From positions 1 to 40,029 of the forward strand of contig CAOJDP010000005.1 in assembly GCA_948433085.1 (NCBI GenBank): a stretch of DNA of 40,029 nucleotides, written 5' to 3'. Numbering within the stretch: position 1 is the first letter of the stretch; the number at the start of each line of letters is the position of its first letter. The notes under the pieces were generated by a model. The model did no database searches and had not been told where the DNA came from. It worked only from the letters and a program-made list of their open reading frames with translations. Of the stretch, positions 1-9,714 are shown piece after piece. A program made the translations under genes and the position numbers. The stretch is from an uncultured Bacillales bacterium. Lineage in GTDB: Bacteria; Bacillota_I; Bacilli_A; RF39; UBA660.

Positions 1-215
1 ATTTTGAATGATTTTTCTATTTTTATAATTTAACTAGCACAACGCGTTAATTTAACATAATCTTTCTCATTTCACAATATGGAAGGCTATTATAACACAC
101 ATTTTTGTTTTAGAAAATAAGTTTTCAAAATTATGTAAAGATCAGAAAAAATTCATTTGTATATATGTAAAAATCATAATTTGTTGTATAATAAAAAAAG
201 AATGGTAGTGATGAT

Positions 216-1103
216 ATGAATTTACATGTAATAGATTCCGATGGCATTGACTTTCTAAACTATCTTCTAATTGATCGTAAATATAGCAAAAATACAGTAA
301 TGTCCTATGATTTACAACTACATGAATTTGAAAAAACAATTCAAAAAAAATTAAACAATGTAACAAAAGAAGAGATTATGGAATTTCTAATAAAAAGAAA
401 AAAGACAGATAGTGCTCGTACAATTGCCCATTACATGACTGTCTTAAGAAGTTTCTATAAATTTTTAGAGAAAGAAGAATTATTACAAAAAAATCCATTG
501 GATGATTTGGACATGCCTAAATTACCAAAAACACTTCCAAAAGTACTTTCTAAAGAGGAAGTAGAAAGACTGTTGGACATTCCTCTCAACAACCACTATC
601 AATATCGTAATAAGGCAATGTTAGAACTTATGTATGCATCAGGATTGCGTATTTCAGAATTGATATCACTACAAATTCATGATGTGAATTTAGAAATGCA
701 AACAGTAAGAATATTTGGAAAAGGGGCCAAAGAAAGAATTGTTCCAATCGGAGATTACGCTACTTACTATTTGAAAGTTTATATAGACCAATATAGACCA
801 TTCTTGCTGAAAAAAAAAGAAACAGATATTTTATTTTTAAGTAGTAGGGGAGATAGAATGACAAGACAAGCATTCTTCAAAATCATAAAACAATTAGGTA
901 TACAACAAGGAATCAAAACAGACTTTTCACCACACACCCTAAGACATTCCTTCGCAACCCATTTATTAGAAAATGGTGCCGATTTAAGAAGCATACAAGA
1001 GTTATTAGGTCATTCCGATATTTCAACAACACAAGTATATACACACATATCAAACCAACAATTACAAGAAAACTATACTAAATTTCATCCACATGGAGAT
1101 TAG
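216..1103 (+). CDS. xerD: Site-specific tyrosine recombinase XerD (RipX-like)
   Basis: Catalytic motifs ASGLRISEL, GKGAKERIVP, SPHTLRHSFATHLL, LLGHSDISTTQVYTH; C-terminal FHPH; directly upstream of deoB as in Bacillus ripX-drm. Confidence 0.93.
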   Translation: MNLHVIDSDGIDFLNYLLIDRKYSKNTVMSYDLQLHEFEKTIQKKLNNVTKEEIMEFLIKRKKTDSARTIAHYMTVLRSFYKFLEKEELLQKNPLDDLDMPKLPKTLPKVLSKEEVERLLDIPLNNHYQYRNKAMLELMYASGLRISELISLQIHDVNLEMQTVRIFGKGAKERIVPIGDYATYYLKVYIDQYRPFLLKKKETDILFLSSRGDRMTRQAFFKIIKQLGIQQGIKTDFSPHTLRHSFATHLLENGADLRSIQELLGHSDISTTQVYTHISNQQLQENYTKFHPHGD

Positions 1104-1117
1104 AAAGGAAGAGAAAT

Positions 1118-2281
1118 ATGAAATTTAAAAGAATATTTTTAGTCGTAATGGACTCTGTAGGAATAGGCGCTGCAAAAGACGCAGATCAATTTGGAGATGA
1201 GGGTACCAATACGATAAAACATGCCTTAGAAAGCATTCATGCAAGATTACCACATTTTGAAGAAATGGGGTTAAATAACTTGCTCAATAATATCAATGAA
1301 CCAACGATTGCTTATTACACAAAAGCAGAGGAAATCAGCAACGGAAAAGATACCTTAACAGGTCATTTAGAAATGATGGGAATCGAGACAAAAATCCCAT
1401 TTAAAACATTTACCGAAACGGGTTTTCCAAATGAATTAATAGAAGAATTATCAAAAAGAACAGGCAAAGGTATCTTGGGTAATTGCAATGCAAGCGGGAC
1501 AGAAATTATCGAGCGCTTAGGGAAAGAACATATGGAAACAGGAAACATCATTGTCTATACCTCAGCCGATTCCGTTTTACAAATTGCTGCTCATGAAGAA
1601 ATCCTTCCTTTAAAAGAATTATATCATATCTGTGAAATCGCAAGAGAACTTACTTTAAAAGAAGAATGGAAAGTAGGACGTATCATTGCTCGACCATTTG
1701 TGGGGACTCCTGGAAATTTTACAAGAACACCAAATCGACATGATTATGCCTTAGATCCTGTCAAACCAACCGTTTTAGATTCCCTTAAAAATAATGAGTA
1801 TGACGTTATTTCTATTGGAAAAATAGCAGATATTTTCAATAACTGCGGGATTACAGAAAGTATCAAAACAAAAGACAATCTAGACGGAATGGAAATAATT
1901 TTAAAAACAATGCAGAAAGAGTTTACAGGCTTATGTTTTGCAAATTTAAATGATTTTGATTCAAAATACGGGCATAGAAGAAATCCAGTTGGGTATGCGG
2001 AAGCCTTACAGACTTTAGATGCTTATGTGCCTAAATTTATAGAAGCCTTAAAAGATGACGATTTGTTACTCTTTACAGCTGACCATGGAAACGACCCTAC
2101 TTATAAAGGAACTGATCATACAAGAGAAAATGTTCCTGTCTTCATTTATTACAAAGGAATCCAAACTCCAAGAGGGCTTCCAACCTTAAAAACCTTTGCC
2201 TCATTGGGCGCAACGATTGCTGATAACTTTAATGTGGAAATGCCTACGATTGGAGAAAGTTTTTTGGGATATTTAAAATGA
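1118..2281 (+). CDS. deoB: Phosphopentomutase
   Basis: N-terminal RIFLVVMDSVGIG, GKDTLTGHLEMMG, YTSADSVLQIAAHEE, DFDSKYGHRR, TADHGNDPT, TDHTRE. Confidence 0.96.
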   Translation: MKFKRIFLVVMDSVGIGAAKDADQFGDEGTNTIKHALESIHARLPHFEEMGLNNLLNNINEPTIAYYTKAEEISNGKDTLTGHLEMMGIETKIPFKTFTETGFPNELIEELSKRTGKGILGNCNASGTEIIERLGKEHMETGNIIVYTSADSVLQIAAHEEILPLKELYHICEIARELTLKEEWKVGRIIARPFVGTPGNFTRTPNRHDYALDPVKPTVLDSLKNNEYDVISIGKIADIFNNCGITESIKTKDNLDGMEIILKTMQKEFTGLCFANLNDFDSKYGHRRNPVGYAEALQTLDAYVPKFIEALKDDDLLLFTADHGNDPTYKGTDHTRENVPVFIYYKGIQTPRGLPTLKTFASLGATIADNFNVEMPTIGESFLGYLK

Positions 2282-3000
2282 ATTTAGAAACATGCGAATG
2301 GAATCAAAAGAATTATTCGAAATTTGTAAAATATCTCTATACCTTACAAGATTTAAAGTATAAAGAATTTCATGGAAGATTGATTCAAGATAATGAGTCA
2401 CTCATTGGTATTCGGACCCCAATTTTAAAAGAAATTGCAAAAACGATTAGCAAGAATCATCCTGAGGCTTTTTTAAAGATAGTAGGGCATACAACATATG
2501 AAGAAAGAGTCATTCATGGCCTTGTAATAGGTTATATGAAAGTGAGTTTTGAAGAATGTACTAAATCTTTAAATGCATTTCTTACCTATAATACGAATTG
2601 GGCTATTAATGATATTACGTGTGCCAATTTAAAAATATGGAAAAAACATTTGAATGAGGGTTTTGTAATCATTCAGCAATATTTGAAAAGTGAGAATCTA
2701 TGGATTCGAAGATTTGGACTTGTCCTTTTACTTGATTTTTATGTAAATGATAAATATATTGATTCTATTTTACAACTTATTCCTACAATAGCAGGCGATG
2801 AATATTATGTAGGAATGGCAAATGCATGGTTAATTTCTGTATGTTTTGTACATTACCCTAAAAAAACGAAAGTCTTATTAGAAAGTAATCAATTAGATTT
2901 ATTTACAAAAAAACATGCGATTCAAAAGATTGTAGAATCTACAAGAGTTTCTAAAAAAGAAAAAGAGGAAATGCGAAGTTTAAGGAAACGTTTCAGTTAA
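2278..3000 (+). CDS. DNA alkylation repair protein (AlkD-like HEAT-repeat glycosylase family)
   Basis: IGIRTPILKEIAK, NWAIND, W-x-RR and EYYVGMANAWLIS motifs typical of the AlkD family; start overlaps the deoB stop (ATGA-type coupling). Confidence 0.8.
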   Translation: MNLETCEWNQKNYSKFVKYLYTLQDLKYKEFHGRLIQDNESLIGIRTPILKEIAKTISKNHPEAFLKIVGHTTYEERVIHGLVIGYMKVSFEECTKSLNAFLTYNTNWAINDITCANLKIWKKHLNEGFVIIQQYLKSENLWIRRFGLVLLLDFYVNDKYIDSILQLIPTIAGDEYYVGMANAWLISVCFVHYPKKTKVLLESNQLDLFTKKHAIQKIVESTRVSKKEKEEMRSLRKRFS

Positions 3001-3030
3001 ACACTCATACAATAGTATGGGGGATTAATT

Positions 3031-3474
3031 ATGGACGAAAAGAAAAACTTAGAATTTTTAAATGAATATTTAGCGAATTTAAAAGTTTTAAATAACAATC
3101 TATATAATATGCATTTTAACATTGTGGGGATGAGTTTTTTTGGAATGCATAGAAAATTAGAAGATTACTACAAAGAGGTTGCGGTTCAATATGATAAAGT
3201 CGCAGAACGGATTAAAATGCTAGGAGGTTATCCAATTACTTCCTTAAAAAAAATAGAAGATACCTCTACTATGAAATCCATGAGAAGTATGGATTATAAT
3301 GGAACACAAGTATTAGAAGTGTTACAAAACGACTTTGGCTTTATGAAAGTATATACAAAAGATTTAATGCATACTTTTGAAAAAGAAGAAGATTATGGAA
3401 CAGCAAATATGTTAGGAGAGTTCTTAGCTTTTTATGATAAAGAATTTTGGATGATTGACAGTAGCTTAAAGTGA
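3031..3474 (+). CDS. dps: Dps/ferritin-like DNA-protection protein
   Basis: HFNIVG..FFGMH (variant of HWNVxGxxFxxLH), DKVAERIKMLGG, C-terminal DYGTAN...KEFWM; 147 aa. Confidence 0.85.
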   Translation: MDEKKNLEFLNEYLANLKVLNNNLYNMHFNIVGMSFFGMHRKLEDYYKEVAVQYDKVAERIKMLGGYPITSLKKIEDTSTMKSMRSMDYNGTQVLEVLQNDFGFMKVYTKDLMHTFEKEEDYGTANMLGEFLAFYDKEFWMIDSSLK

Positions 3475-3495
3475 AGCATAGAGCTTCTTTTTTTT
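3473..3495 (+). terminator. Rho-independent terminator after dps
   Basis: GAAGC-ATAGA-GCTTC followed by T8. Confidence 0.75.
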
Positions 3496-3563
3496 AGCCA
3501 TTTTAGTATATATAAAAGTTTACTCTATGAAAATTTTATTTTATCAAATGCATCATTTTCTAT

Positions 3564-3591
3564 TTGCAAATACCTTTCTATATAGTATAAT
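3564..3591 (+). promoter_or_regulatory. Putative sigmaA promoter directed toward cas9
   Basis: TTGCAA-N16-TATAAT located after the dps terminator. Confidence 0.55.
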
Positions 3592-3658
3592 TAAATTAAT
3601 AAAAATATGGCAAAAACTGGAAATGCAATTGTTAGTTTTTTAAATGACTTGGAGAAAC

Positions 3659-3766
3659 AAAAAAAGTTGCCTAAGCAACTACACTCATCATAATGAGTAT
3701 TTAGGGTAATACAATTGTAAAACCTTTATTTTAACTCTCTATGTCATCTTAAATGGTATTAAGACA
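3659..3766 (-). ncRNA. tracrRNA
   Basis: 3728-3765 is a near-copy of the repeat on the + strand, so the - strand RNA is an anti-repeat (...GACAUAGA-GAG-UUAAAAU-AAAGG, like the Spy AAGUUAAAAUAAGG junction). It is followed by a nexus, hairpin ACUCAU/AUGAGU and terminator hairpin AGUUGC/GCAACU + U7. Confidence 0.93.
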
Positions 3767-3771
3767 ACTAC

Positions 3772-3801
3772 ATAATACCATAGTAGTAGGAGGTATGTCA
3801 A
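3772..3801 (-). promoter_or_regulatory. tracrRNA promoter (sigmaA, extended -10)
   Basis: On the - strand: TTGACA-N18-TATTAT preceded by TGn; the predicted TSS at about 3765 coincides with the start of the anti-repeat. Confidence 0.8.
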
Positions 3802-6800
3802 TTGAAAAAATACAACATTGGACTAGATATTGGTACAACATCAGTTGGATGGGCAGTAGTGGAAAAAGAAAATTTTAAAGTAATGAAAAAGGGAAGAAAA
3901 AAAATGTGGGGCGTTAGATTATTCGATGAAGCAACTTCTGCAGCTGAGCGAAGAGGTTATCGTAACACGAGAAGAAGGTATGATAGAAGAAGAAAACGAA
4001 TTCAATTATTACAAAAGGAATTTCAAAAAGAAATGAATTTAGTAGACCCTAATTTTTATCAAAAATTAAAAGAAGCATTTTTTCATGAATGTGATATCTT
4101 CAATAAGACAACAATAATATCACAAGAAGAAAAAGAACAAATGAAAACATACTATAAATTATATCCAACAATCTATCATTTAAGAAATGAACTTGTGCAT
4201 ACAACAGAAAAAATAGATATCCGTTTGGTTTATCTTGCAATTCATCATATTGTGAAATACCGTGGTAATTTCTTATACGAAGGTGCAAAATTTAATACCA
4301 GTCAGTTACAATTGAATGAAAAAATAAATGAATTATTTCATGTAATTGACATAACAAATGGAACAATCGAACATCATAGTGAAATGATAGAATTATTAGA
4401 CAGTTTAAAACTAGAAGAAGCGCTTCTATTAGAAAACAAAAATGAGCAGCGAATTTATATAAAAGAAGCACTACAAAATTATTTTTCAAAAAATTTTATA
4501 TCCGAATTTACAAAAATGATTTTGGGAGACAACTTTTCTGTTGCTAAACTTTTTGACGTAGAACTAGATCCAGATATAAAACTCAACTTCAAAGGGTCTG
4601 ATTATGATGAAAAATTTGCACAATTAGAAAAAGAAATAGGAAACCAAATCGATATATTAAAAGAAATGAAAAGTTTATATGATATCTTATTTTTAAAAAA
4701 ACTATTAGAAGGAGAAGATGAGGGTAATATTTCTGCAATAATGGTAAAGCGTTATCAGACACATAAACAAGATCTGAACCTTTTAAAATCAGTTTTAAAG
4801 CAAAAAAAAGAAACCTATAAACAAGTTTTCAAATCAAATCAAAAACTTTGCCTTTATGAACAATACTGCCACAATCATATTACCTACGATGAATTTACAA
4901 AAAAAATTCTCAATTTTTTGGAAAAAGAAGATATCAGCGATAATAGCATTCTATTAAAAAAGAGAATAGAAACAGGTAAATTTTTACCACGTATTACTAA
5001 TATTGAAAATGGAAAATTTCCATATCAACTAAATTATAGTGAACTTATTTCCATCATAGAAAACCAAGGAATATATTATCCATTTTTAAAAGAGAAAGAA
5101 AACAATACATATAAATTAATCCAGTTATTACAATTTCGCATTCCTTATTATGTTGGTCCATTAAATAATACAACAAATACCCTAAAAAAGAATTCAAATG
5201 CATGGGCAATTAAAAAAGAGAATGTCGCCTGTATTACGCCATATAACTTTAAAAAAGTAATGGATTTAGATGCATCGGCAGAAGAATTTATTCTACGTAT
5301 GATAGGGAAATGCACATACTTATTAAAAGAAAAAGCACTGCCAGAGGCTTCTATTTTGTATTCTAAATTTAAAGTATTAAATGAATTAAAACAAATTAGA
5401 ATAAATGGACGAAAATTAGAACTTGAAATACAACAAAAGATTTATAAGGATTTCTTTTTAAAAAATAGTGGCAATTTAACAGACAATCGTTTTAAAACCT
5501 TCTTATATCAAATGCCTGAAATGAGAATGTATGATGATCTTACCATTACAGGATATTCTGCTGATATGAAATTTGCAAATACAATGCAATCTTATATTGA
5601 TTTTTTTGGAGAAAATGGAATATTTGAAGGAACTTCATACGATGAAAAAGATGCAGAACAACTGATTTCATGGATTACTATATTTGAAGATCAAGAAATT
5701 TTAAAACGAAAAATAGAAGCACACTATTCCTTGAACGAAACTAAAATAAATTGTCTACTAAAAAAGAAATATAAAGGGTGGAGTAATTTATCAAAACGTC
5801 TTCTTATAACCAAATATTATCAAAATTCTAATGCAATAACCAAACAGTCTATTTTAGACTTAATGGAAACAACAGAAGAAAACTTCATGCAAATATTATA
5901 TAATAGAAAATATAAATTCCAAGATATGATTGCACAAATCAATGGAAACGAAATGTCACAAAAATTAAATTATGAAGTGGTAAGTGAACTTGCAACTTCT
6001 CCAGCAGTGAAAAAAGGGATTTATCAAGCTTTATTACTAGTAGAGGAAATTATAAGTATTATGGGCTACGAGCCAAACCAAATTACCATAGAAATGGCTA
6101 GAGGAGACGAGAAAAAAGAACGAAAGAGTGATCGTAAAAAATGGATAGAAAATTTATTTACAAAGTGTAAACAACAAATTACAAACTATAATCAATTAAA
6201 AAAAGAATTGGATCGGTTTGAATCTATTGATTCTCAAAAACTATTTCTATATTTTATCCAAGAAGGAAAAAGTTTGTATTCAGGAACGCCTTTGGATATA
6301 GAAAAATTAAATTCTTATGAAATTGATCATATTATCCCAAGAACACTTTGGAAAGATGACTCCATTGATAATAAAGCCCTAGTCTTAAAAAAAGAAAATC
6401 AGGAAAAAGCAGCAGCTTTTGTATTACCATCAAAATTCCGAAACGACGCTATGCGAAAATGGTGGGATCACTTAAAACTAAATGGATTGATTTCGAGTAA
6501 AAAATATCATAATCTATGTAGAAGTAAATACACAATAGAAGATATTGAGGGATTTATCAATCGACAATTAGTAGAAACAAGACAGATTACAAAAAATGTA
6601 GCCAATATTATTCAAAAGTATCATCCAGATTCTAAACTGATATATATCCCCGCTAGTTTATCCCATAATTATAGAGAAAAATTTGAATTATTTAAATTTA
6701 GAGAAATCAATAATTTTCATCATGCACATGATGCTTATCTAGCAGCAGTCTTAGGAGAATACAAAGTTTCTTACTTAAAGGAAGCAATGGATTATGAACA

Positions 6801-7797
6801 ATTAAAAGAACTAACTACACAATGGATGAATCATAAAAATTACAAAGAACTAAACTATGGATATGTAATAAATAGTTTAGATAACAAGTTTCCTAGGTAT
6901 GATTTAAATGGGGAAATTGTGTTTCATCCGATTGATTTTAATCAAACAGTCAAGAACACATTATATCAAAATGATGTAATCATTAGTAAAAAAACAGAAA
7001 TGAAAACTGGAAAGTTTTATAAGGAAACCATTCATTCTAAAAGAGCAAAAGGAAATAAACTTTCCCTTAAAAAAGGTTTAGATCCAAAATTATATGGTGG
7101 CTATCAAGACATTGAAGTTGCTTATACCATTCTTGTATATTATCAAAACCAATATAAATTAGTAGGGATTCCTATTCTGATTTACAAACAAGCACAAAAG
7201 AATACAGATATTATTATGGAATATGTAAAAGAACATTTAAAATTAAAGGAAAATGATTCCTGTACATTAATAAAAGATAAAATTTTCTTTAATACTTTAT
7301 TTCTTTATAAAGGTCAATATGTTTATTTAAGGGGGTATTCTACCGAATCTAAAGGCTGTGAAATTGCGAATGCCACTGAGCTAAAAATACCACGAAAAAA
7401 AATGGAACAATGGAAATATACCCTGAATTATGTCTTAAATGATAAAAAAGTTCCCAACAATTTAGAGGAACTGCTAACAGAGGATAAGATAGAAGCACAG
7501 ATGAATGAAATAATACAATGGCTACTTTCTAAGCAAGAATATTATCCACTGTACACAAGTGCAATTGAAAAAATTAAGACGGTATTCAATGAGATAAATT
7601 TATCTTTTGAAGAACAAAAACGAGTTATTAAAGAGTTATTTATTTTATATGGTACAAGTCGAAATGCAAATTTATCTTTCATTGAGAATGGAGGATTAAG
7701 TGACCGCATTGGAAGATTGAGCGGAAAAAATGTGAATCATGGGATTATTTTTTATCGTTCCATATCTGGTTTAAAGGAAAGATATTATGAGTTTTAG
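3802..7797 (+). CDS. cas9: Type II-A CRISPR endonuclease Cas9 (1331 aa)
   Basis: RuvC-I IGLDIGTTSVGWA, Arg-rich bridge helix, FRIPYYVGPL, RuvC-II IEMAR, HNH YEIDHIIP...DDSIDNKALV...NQEK, RQLVETRQITK, RuvC-III HHAHDAYL; TTG start 8 nt after AGGAGG. Confidence 0.98.
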   Translation: MKKYNIGLDIGTTSVGWAVVEKENFKVMKKGRKKMWGVRLFDEATSAAERRGYRNTRRRYDRRRKRIQLLQKEFQKEMNLVDPNFYQKLKEAFFHECDIFNKTTIISQEEKEQMKTYYKLYPTIYHLRNELVHTTEKIDIRLVYLAIHHIVKYRGNFLYEGAKFNTSQLQLNEKINELFHVIDITNGTIEHHSEMIELLDSLKLEEALLLENKNEQRIYIKEALQNYFSKNFISEFTKMILGDNFSVAKLFDVELDPDIKLNFKGSDYDEKFAQLEKEIGNQIDILKEMKSLYDILFLKKLLEGEDEGNISAIMVKRYQTHKQDLNLLKSVLKQKKETYKQVFKSNQKLCLYEQYCHNHITYDEFTKKILNFLEKEDISDNSILLKKRIETGKFLPRITNIENGKFPYQLNYSELISIIENQGIYYPFLKEKENNTYKLIQLLQFRIPYYVGPLNNTTNTLKKNSNAWAIKKENVACITPYNFKKVMDLDASAEEFILRMIGKCTYLLKEKALPEASILYSKFKVLNELKQIRINGRKLELEIQQKIYKDFFLKNSGNLTDNRFKTFLYQMPEMRMYDDLTITGYSADMKFANTMQSYIDFFGENGIFEGTSYDEKDAEQLISWITIFEDQEILKRKIEAHYSLNETKINCLLKKKYKGWSNLSKRLLITKYYQNSNAITKQSILDLMETTEENFMQILYNRKYKFQDMIAQINGNEMSQKLNYEVVSELATSPAVKKGIYQALLLVEEIISIMGYEPNQITIEMARGDEKKERKSDRKKWIENLFTKCKQQITNYNQLKKELDRFESIDSQKLFLYFIQEGKSLYSGTPLDIEKLNSYEIDHIIPRTLWKDDSIDNKALVLKKENQEKAAAFVLPSKFRNDAMRKWWDHLKLNGLISSKKYHNLCRSKYTIEDIEGFINRQLVETRQITKNVANIIQKYHPDSKLIYIPASLSHNYREKFELFKFREINNFHHAHDAYLAAVLGEYKVSYLKEAMDYEQLKELTTQWMNHKNYKELNYGYVINSLDNKFPRYDLNGEIVFHPIDFNQTVKNTLYQNDVIISKKTEMKTGKFYKETIHSKRAKGNKLSLKKGLDPKLYGGYQDIEVAYTILVYYQNQYKLVGIPILIYKQAQKNTDIIMEYVKEHLKLKENDSCTLIKDKIFFNTLFLYKGQYVYLRGYSTESKGCEIANATELKIPRKKMEQWKYTLNYVLNDKKVPNNLEELLTEDKIEAQMNEIIQWLLSKQEYYPLYTSAIEKIKTVFNEINLSFEEQKRVIKELFILYGTSRNANLSFIENGGLSDRIGRLSGKNVNHGIIFYRSISGLKERYYEF

Positions 7798-8653
7798 GAC
7801 TGTTGTCATTACAAAACAAGCAAAGTTGAATTATCAAAATCGCTTTCTGGTAGTCAAGAATGGAATAGAAGAATCATACATTCATTTATCTGAAATTGAT
7901 ACAATCCTTGTAGATTCCATTTCAGTTTCAATTTCTTCTTATTTGTTAAAAGAATTATCACAAAATAAAATTAATATTATATTTTGTGATGAAAAACATA
8001 ATCCTTTTGGAGAATTAAAATCATTTTATATGAGACATAATTCTAGTAAGATGTTAATGTTGCAAATGAAATGGACACAAAAGCAAAAAGATCAATTATG
8101 GAAACAAATTGTTATAAATAAAATTACAAATCAAATTTGGGTATTGCAAAAAATAAAATCCAAAAATGTAGAGCGATTGCTTTCCTATATAGATGTTCAA
8201 ATAGGGGATAAGACAAACCGTGAAGGACATGCTGCTAAAGTTTATTTTAACTCTTTGTTTGGCACTAGTTTTATTAGAAATCATGATGATTCTATCAATG
8301 CTGCACTAAATTATGGATATGCAATTTTATTATCTACAATCAACAAAGAAATTATTAGCCTTGGACTTTTAACTCAACTTGGAATTCATCACAAAAATGA
8401 GTTCAATGAATTTAACTTAAGTTGCGATTTAATGGAACCGTTTCGACCTATTATCGATTCCTTTGTTTTTTACAATCAAACTAGGGAATTGAATCAAGAA
8501 TACAAAATGGACATTGTAAATATATTCAATAATACGTTTCAATATAAAGGGAAACAATATACACTAAAAGATATAATAAAATTATACGTGAAGAATGTTG
8601 TAGATGTTTTAACAACAAAAAAAGAATATGAAGGTTTTATTTATGAGGGATAG
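7787..8653 (+). CDS. cas1: Type II CRISPR-associated integrase Cas1
   Basis: NREGHAAKVYF, NAALNYGYAILLS, LGIHH, NLSCDLMEPFRP; overlaps the cas9 end. Confidence 0.97.
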   Translation: MSFRTVVITKQAKLNYQNRFLVVKNGIEESYIHLSEIDTILVDSISVSISSYLLKELSQNKINIIFCDEKHNPFGELKSFYMRHNSSKMLMLQMKWTQKQKDQLWKQIVINKITNQIWVLQKIKSKNVERLLSYIDVQIGDKTNREGHAAKVYFNSLFGTSFIRNHDDSINAALNYGYAILLSTINKEIISLGLLTQLGIHHKNEFNEFNLSCDLMEPFRPIIDSFVFYNQTRELNQEYKMDIVNIFNNTFQYKGKQYTLKDIIKLYVKNVVDVLTTKKEYEGFIYEG

Positions 8654-8963
8654 AGTTATGCGTACAATTGTATTTTTTGATTTACCCAATGTATATGCTA
8701 AGGACAAAAGAAATTATATGTTATTTCGGAAATTTTTGATGAATGAAGGATTTATTATGATGCAGGAATCAGTATATTCAAAGATTGTTTTAAATTCTCA
8801 GCAAGCAAATTTATTATTAAATCGTGTGAAAAAAAATTCTCCTAAAAAGGGATTCATTCAACTTTTAACAATTACCGAAAAACAATATGCAAATATTGAA
8901 TATATAGTAGGGGAGTCCAATACAAAAATTATAAATAACGAGGAGCGATTAATTATATTATGA
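8643..8963 (+). CDS. cas2: CRISPR-associated Cas2
   Basis: MRTIVFFDLP, FRKFL..EGFIMMQESVYSK, ITEKQY; the true start is probably at ATG 8643 or 8658 rather than 8628. Confidence 0.95.
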   Translation: MRDRVMRTIVFFDLPNVYAKDKRNYMLFRKFLMNEGFIMMQESVYSKIVLNSQQANLLLNRVKKNSPKKGFIQLLTITEKQYANIEYIVGESNTKIINNEERLIIL

Positions 8964-9634
8964 AATTATGTATGCGTTATTTTAATCACGACATTGTCTT
9001 TAAAAATGGATGTGTATCTACATTAGAGATAGAAAATAAAGATTATTTTTACCGTATAATCAATGATTTAACGCAATTAGAAAATAGCTTATATGTTGAA
9101 AATATTCAATTTTTAGAGGATAATGGAAATGAATTTAAGCACTTATTGATTAAAGTTATTATTAATTATTTTTCATTTAATTTTGATTCTACTAAAATGA
9201 ATAATTATATTGTAAAACAAATAATTAGTAGTATGGAAAGTCAAGAGACAGAGTACATCAATAAAGAATTTCAAAAGATTTGCAAATGTTTTGTGAAAAT
9301 TCTGGAAAAATTGGATTTGCCATTAGCATTTTGTGAAGAATTAAATATGGAATCTTTTATTAAATTATTAAAGATTCATATTTGTTCAAAAAACAAGTTA
9401 ATAAATAATTTACTGTTAATTATAGATATTAATACAGTATTAGAACATAATGATCTACTTATTTTTGTCAATTTAAAACAATATTTAACAAAGGAAGAAT
9501 TAATAGAATTATATAAATATTCTGTATATAATGAGGTAAGATTATTGTTGATTGATTCTCAACCTTATGGTCCCAAGATTGATTATGAAAATAAATTATT
9601 AATTGATGAAAATTTGGATGAATTTGAGTTATAA
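8960..9634 (+). CDS. csn2: Type II-A Csn2 (short form, about 220 aa)
   Basis: Follows cas2; LLIFVNLKQYLTKEELIELY...LLLID and C-terminal IDENLDEF typical of Csn2. Confidence 0.9.
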   Translation: MKLCMRYFNHDIVFKNGCVSTLEIENKDYFYRIINDLTQLENSLYVENIQFLEDNGNEFKHLLIKVIINYFSFNFDSTKMNNYIVKQIISSMESQETEYINKEFQKICKCFVKILEKLDLPLAFCEELNMESFIKLLKIHICSKNKLINNLLLIIDINTVLEHNDLLIFVNLKQYLTKEELIELYKYSVYNEVRLLLIDSQPYGPKIDYENKLLIDENLDEFEL

Positions 9635-9714
9635 TAGATGTTGTAGATTTCCATTTAAGATAAATATAGGTATTCTCTATTACTTATGAATTTTAGATTT
9701 AAAATTGATTTGAC
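9630..9714 (+). promoter_or_regulatory. CRISPR leader (TATAAT at 9630-9635; leader-anchoring end ATTTGAC)
   Basis: AT-rich segment between csn2 and repeat 1; the degenerate repeat at the far end of the array fixes its orientation. Confidence 0.8.

Noticed and set aside
216-1103. xerD as an integrase bounding a mobile island that carries the CRISPR locus
   Set aside because: Housekeeping XerD features and xerD-deoB synteny; no att repeats or tRNA target seen.
3607-3693. 28-codon uORF (MAKTGNAIVSFLND...) downstream of the putative cas promoter
   Set aside because: No Shine-Dalgarno, and it runs antisense through the tracrRNA terminator; cannot be supported as coding.
3728-3765. Isolated repeat-like copy read as an orphan array or scaRNA
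   Set aside because: Fully explained as the tracrRNA anti-repeat, with promoter, bulge, nexus and terminator on the - strand.
3766-3900. Long tracrRNA (tracr-L) natural single-guide repressor
   Set aside because: No GTTTTA-like lower-stem segment preceded by a promoter-matching guide seen on the - strand upstream of the anti-repeat.
3802-7797. Nuclease-dead or repurposed Cas9
   Set aside because: All RuvC and HNH catalytic residues are present and cas1/cas2/csn2 are intact.
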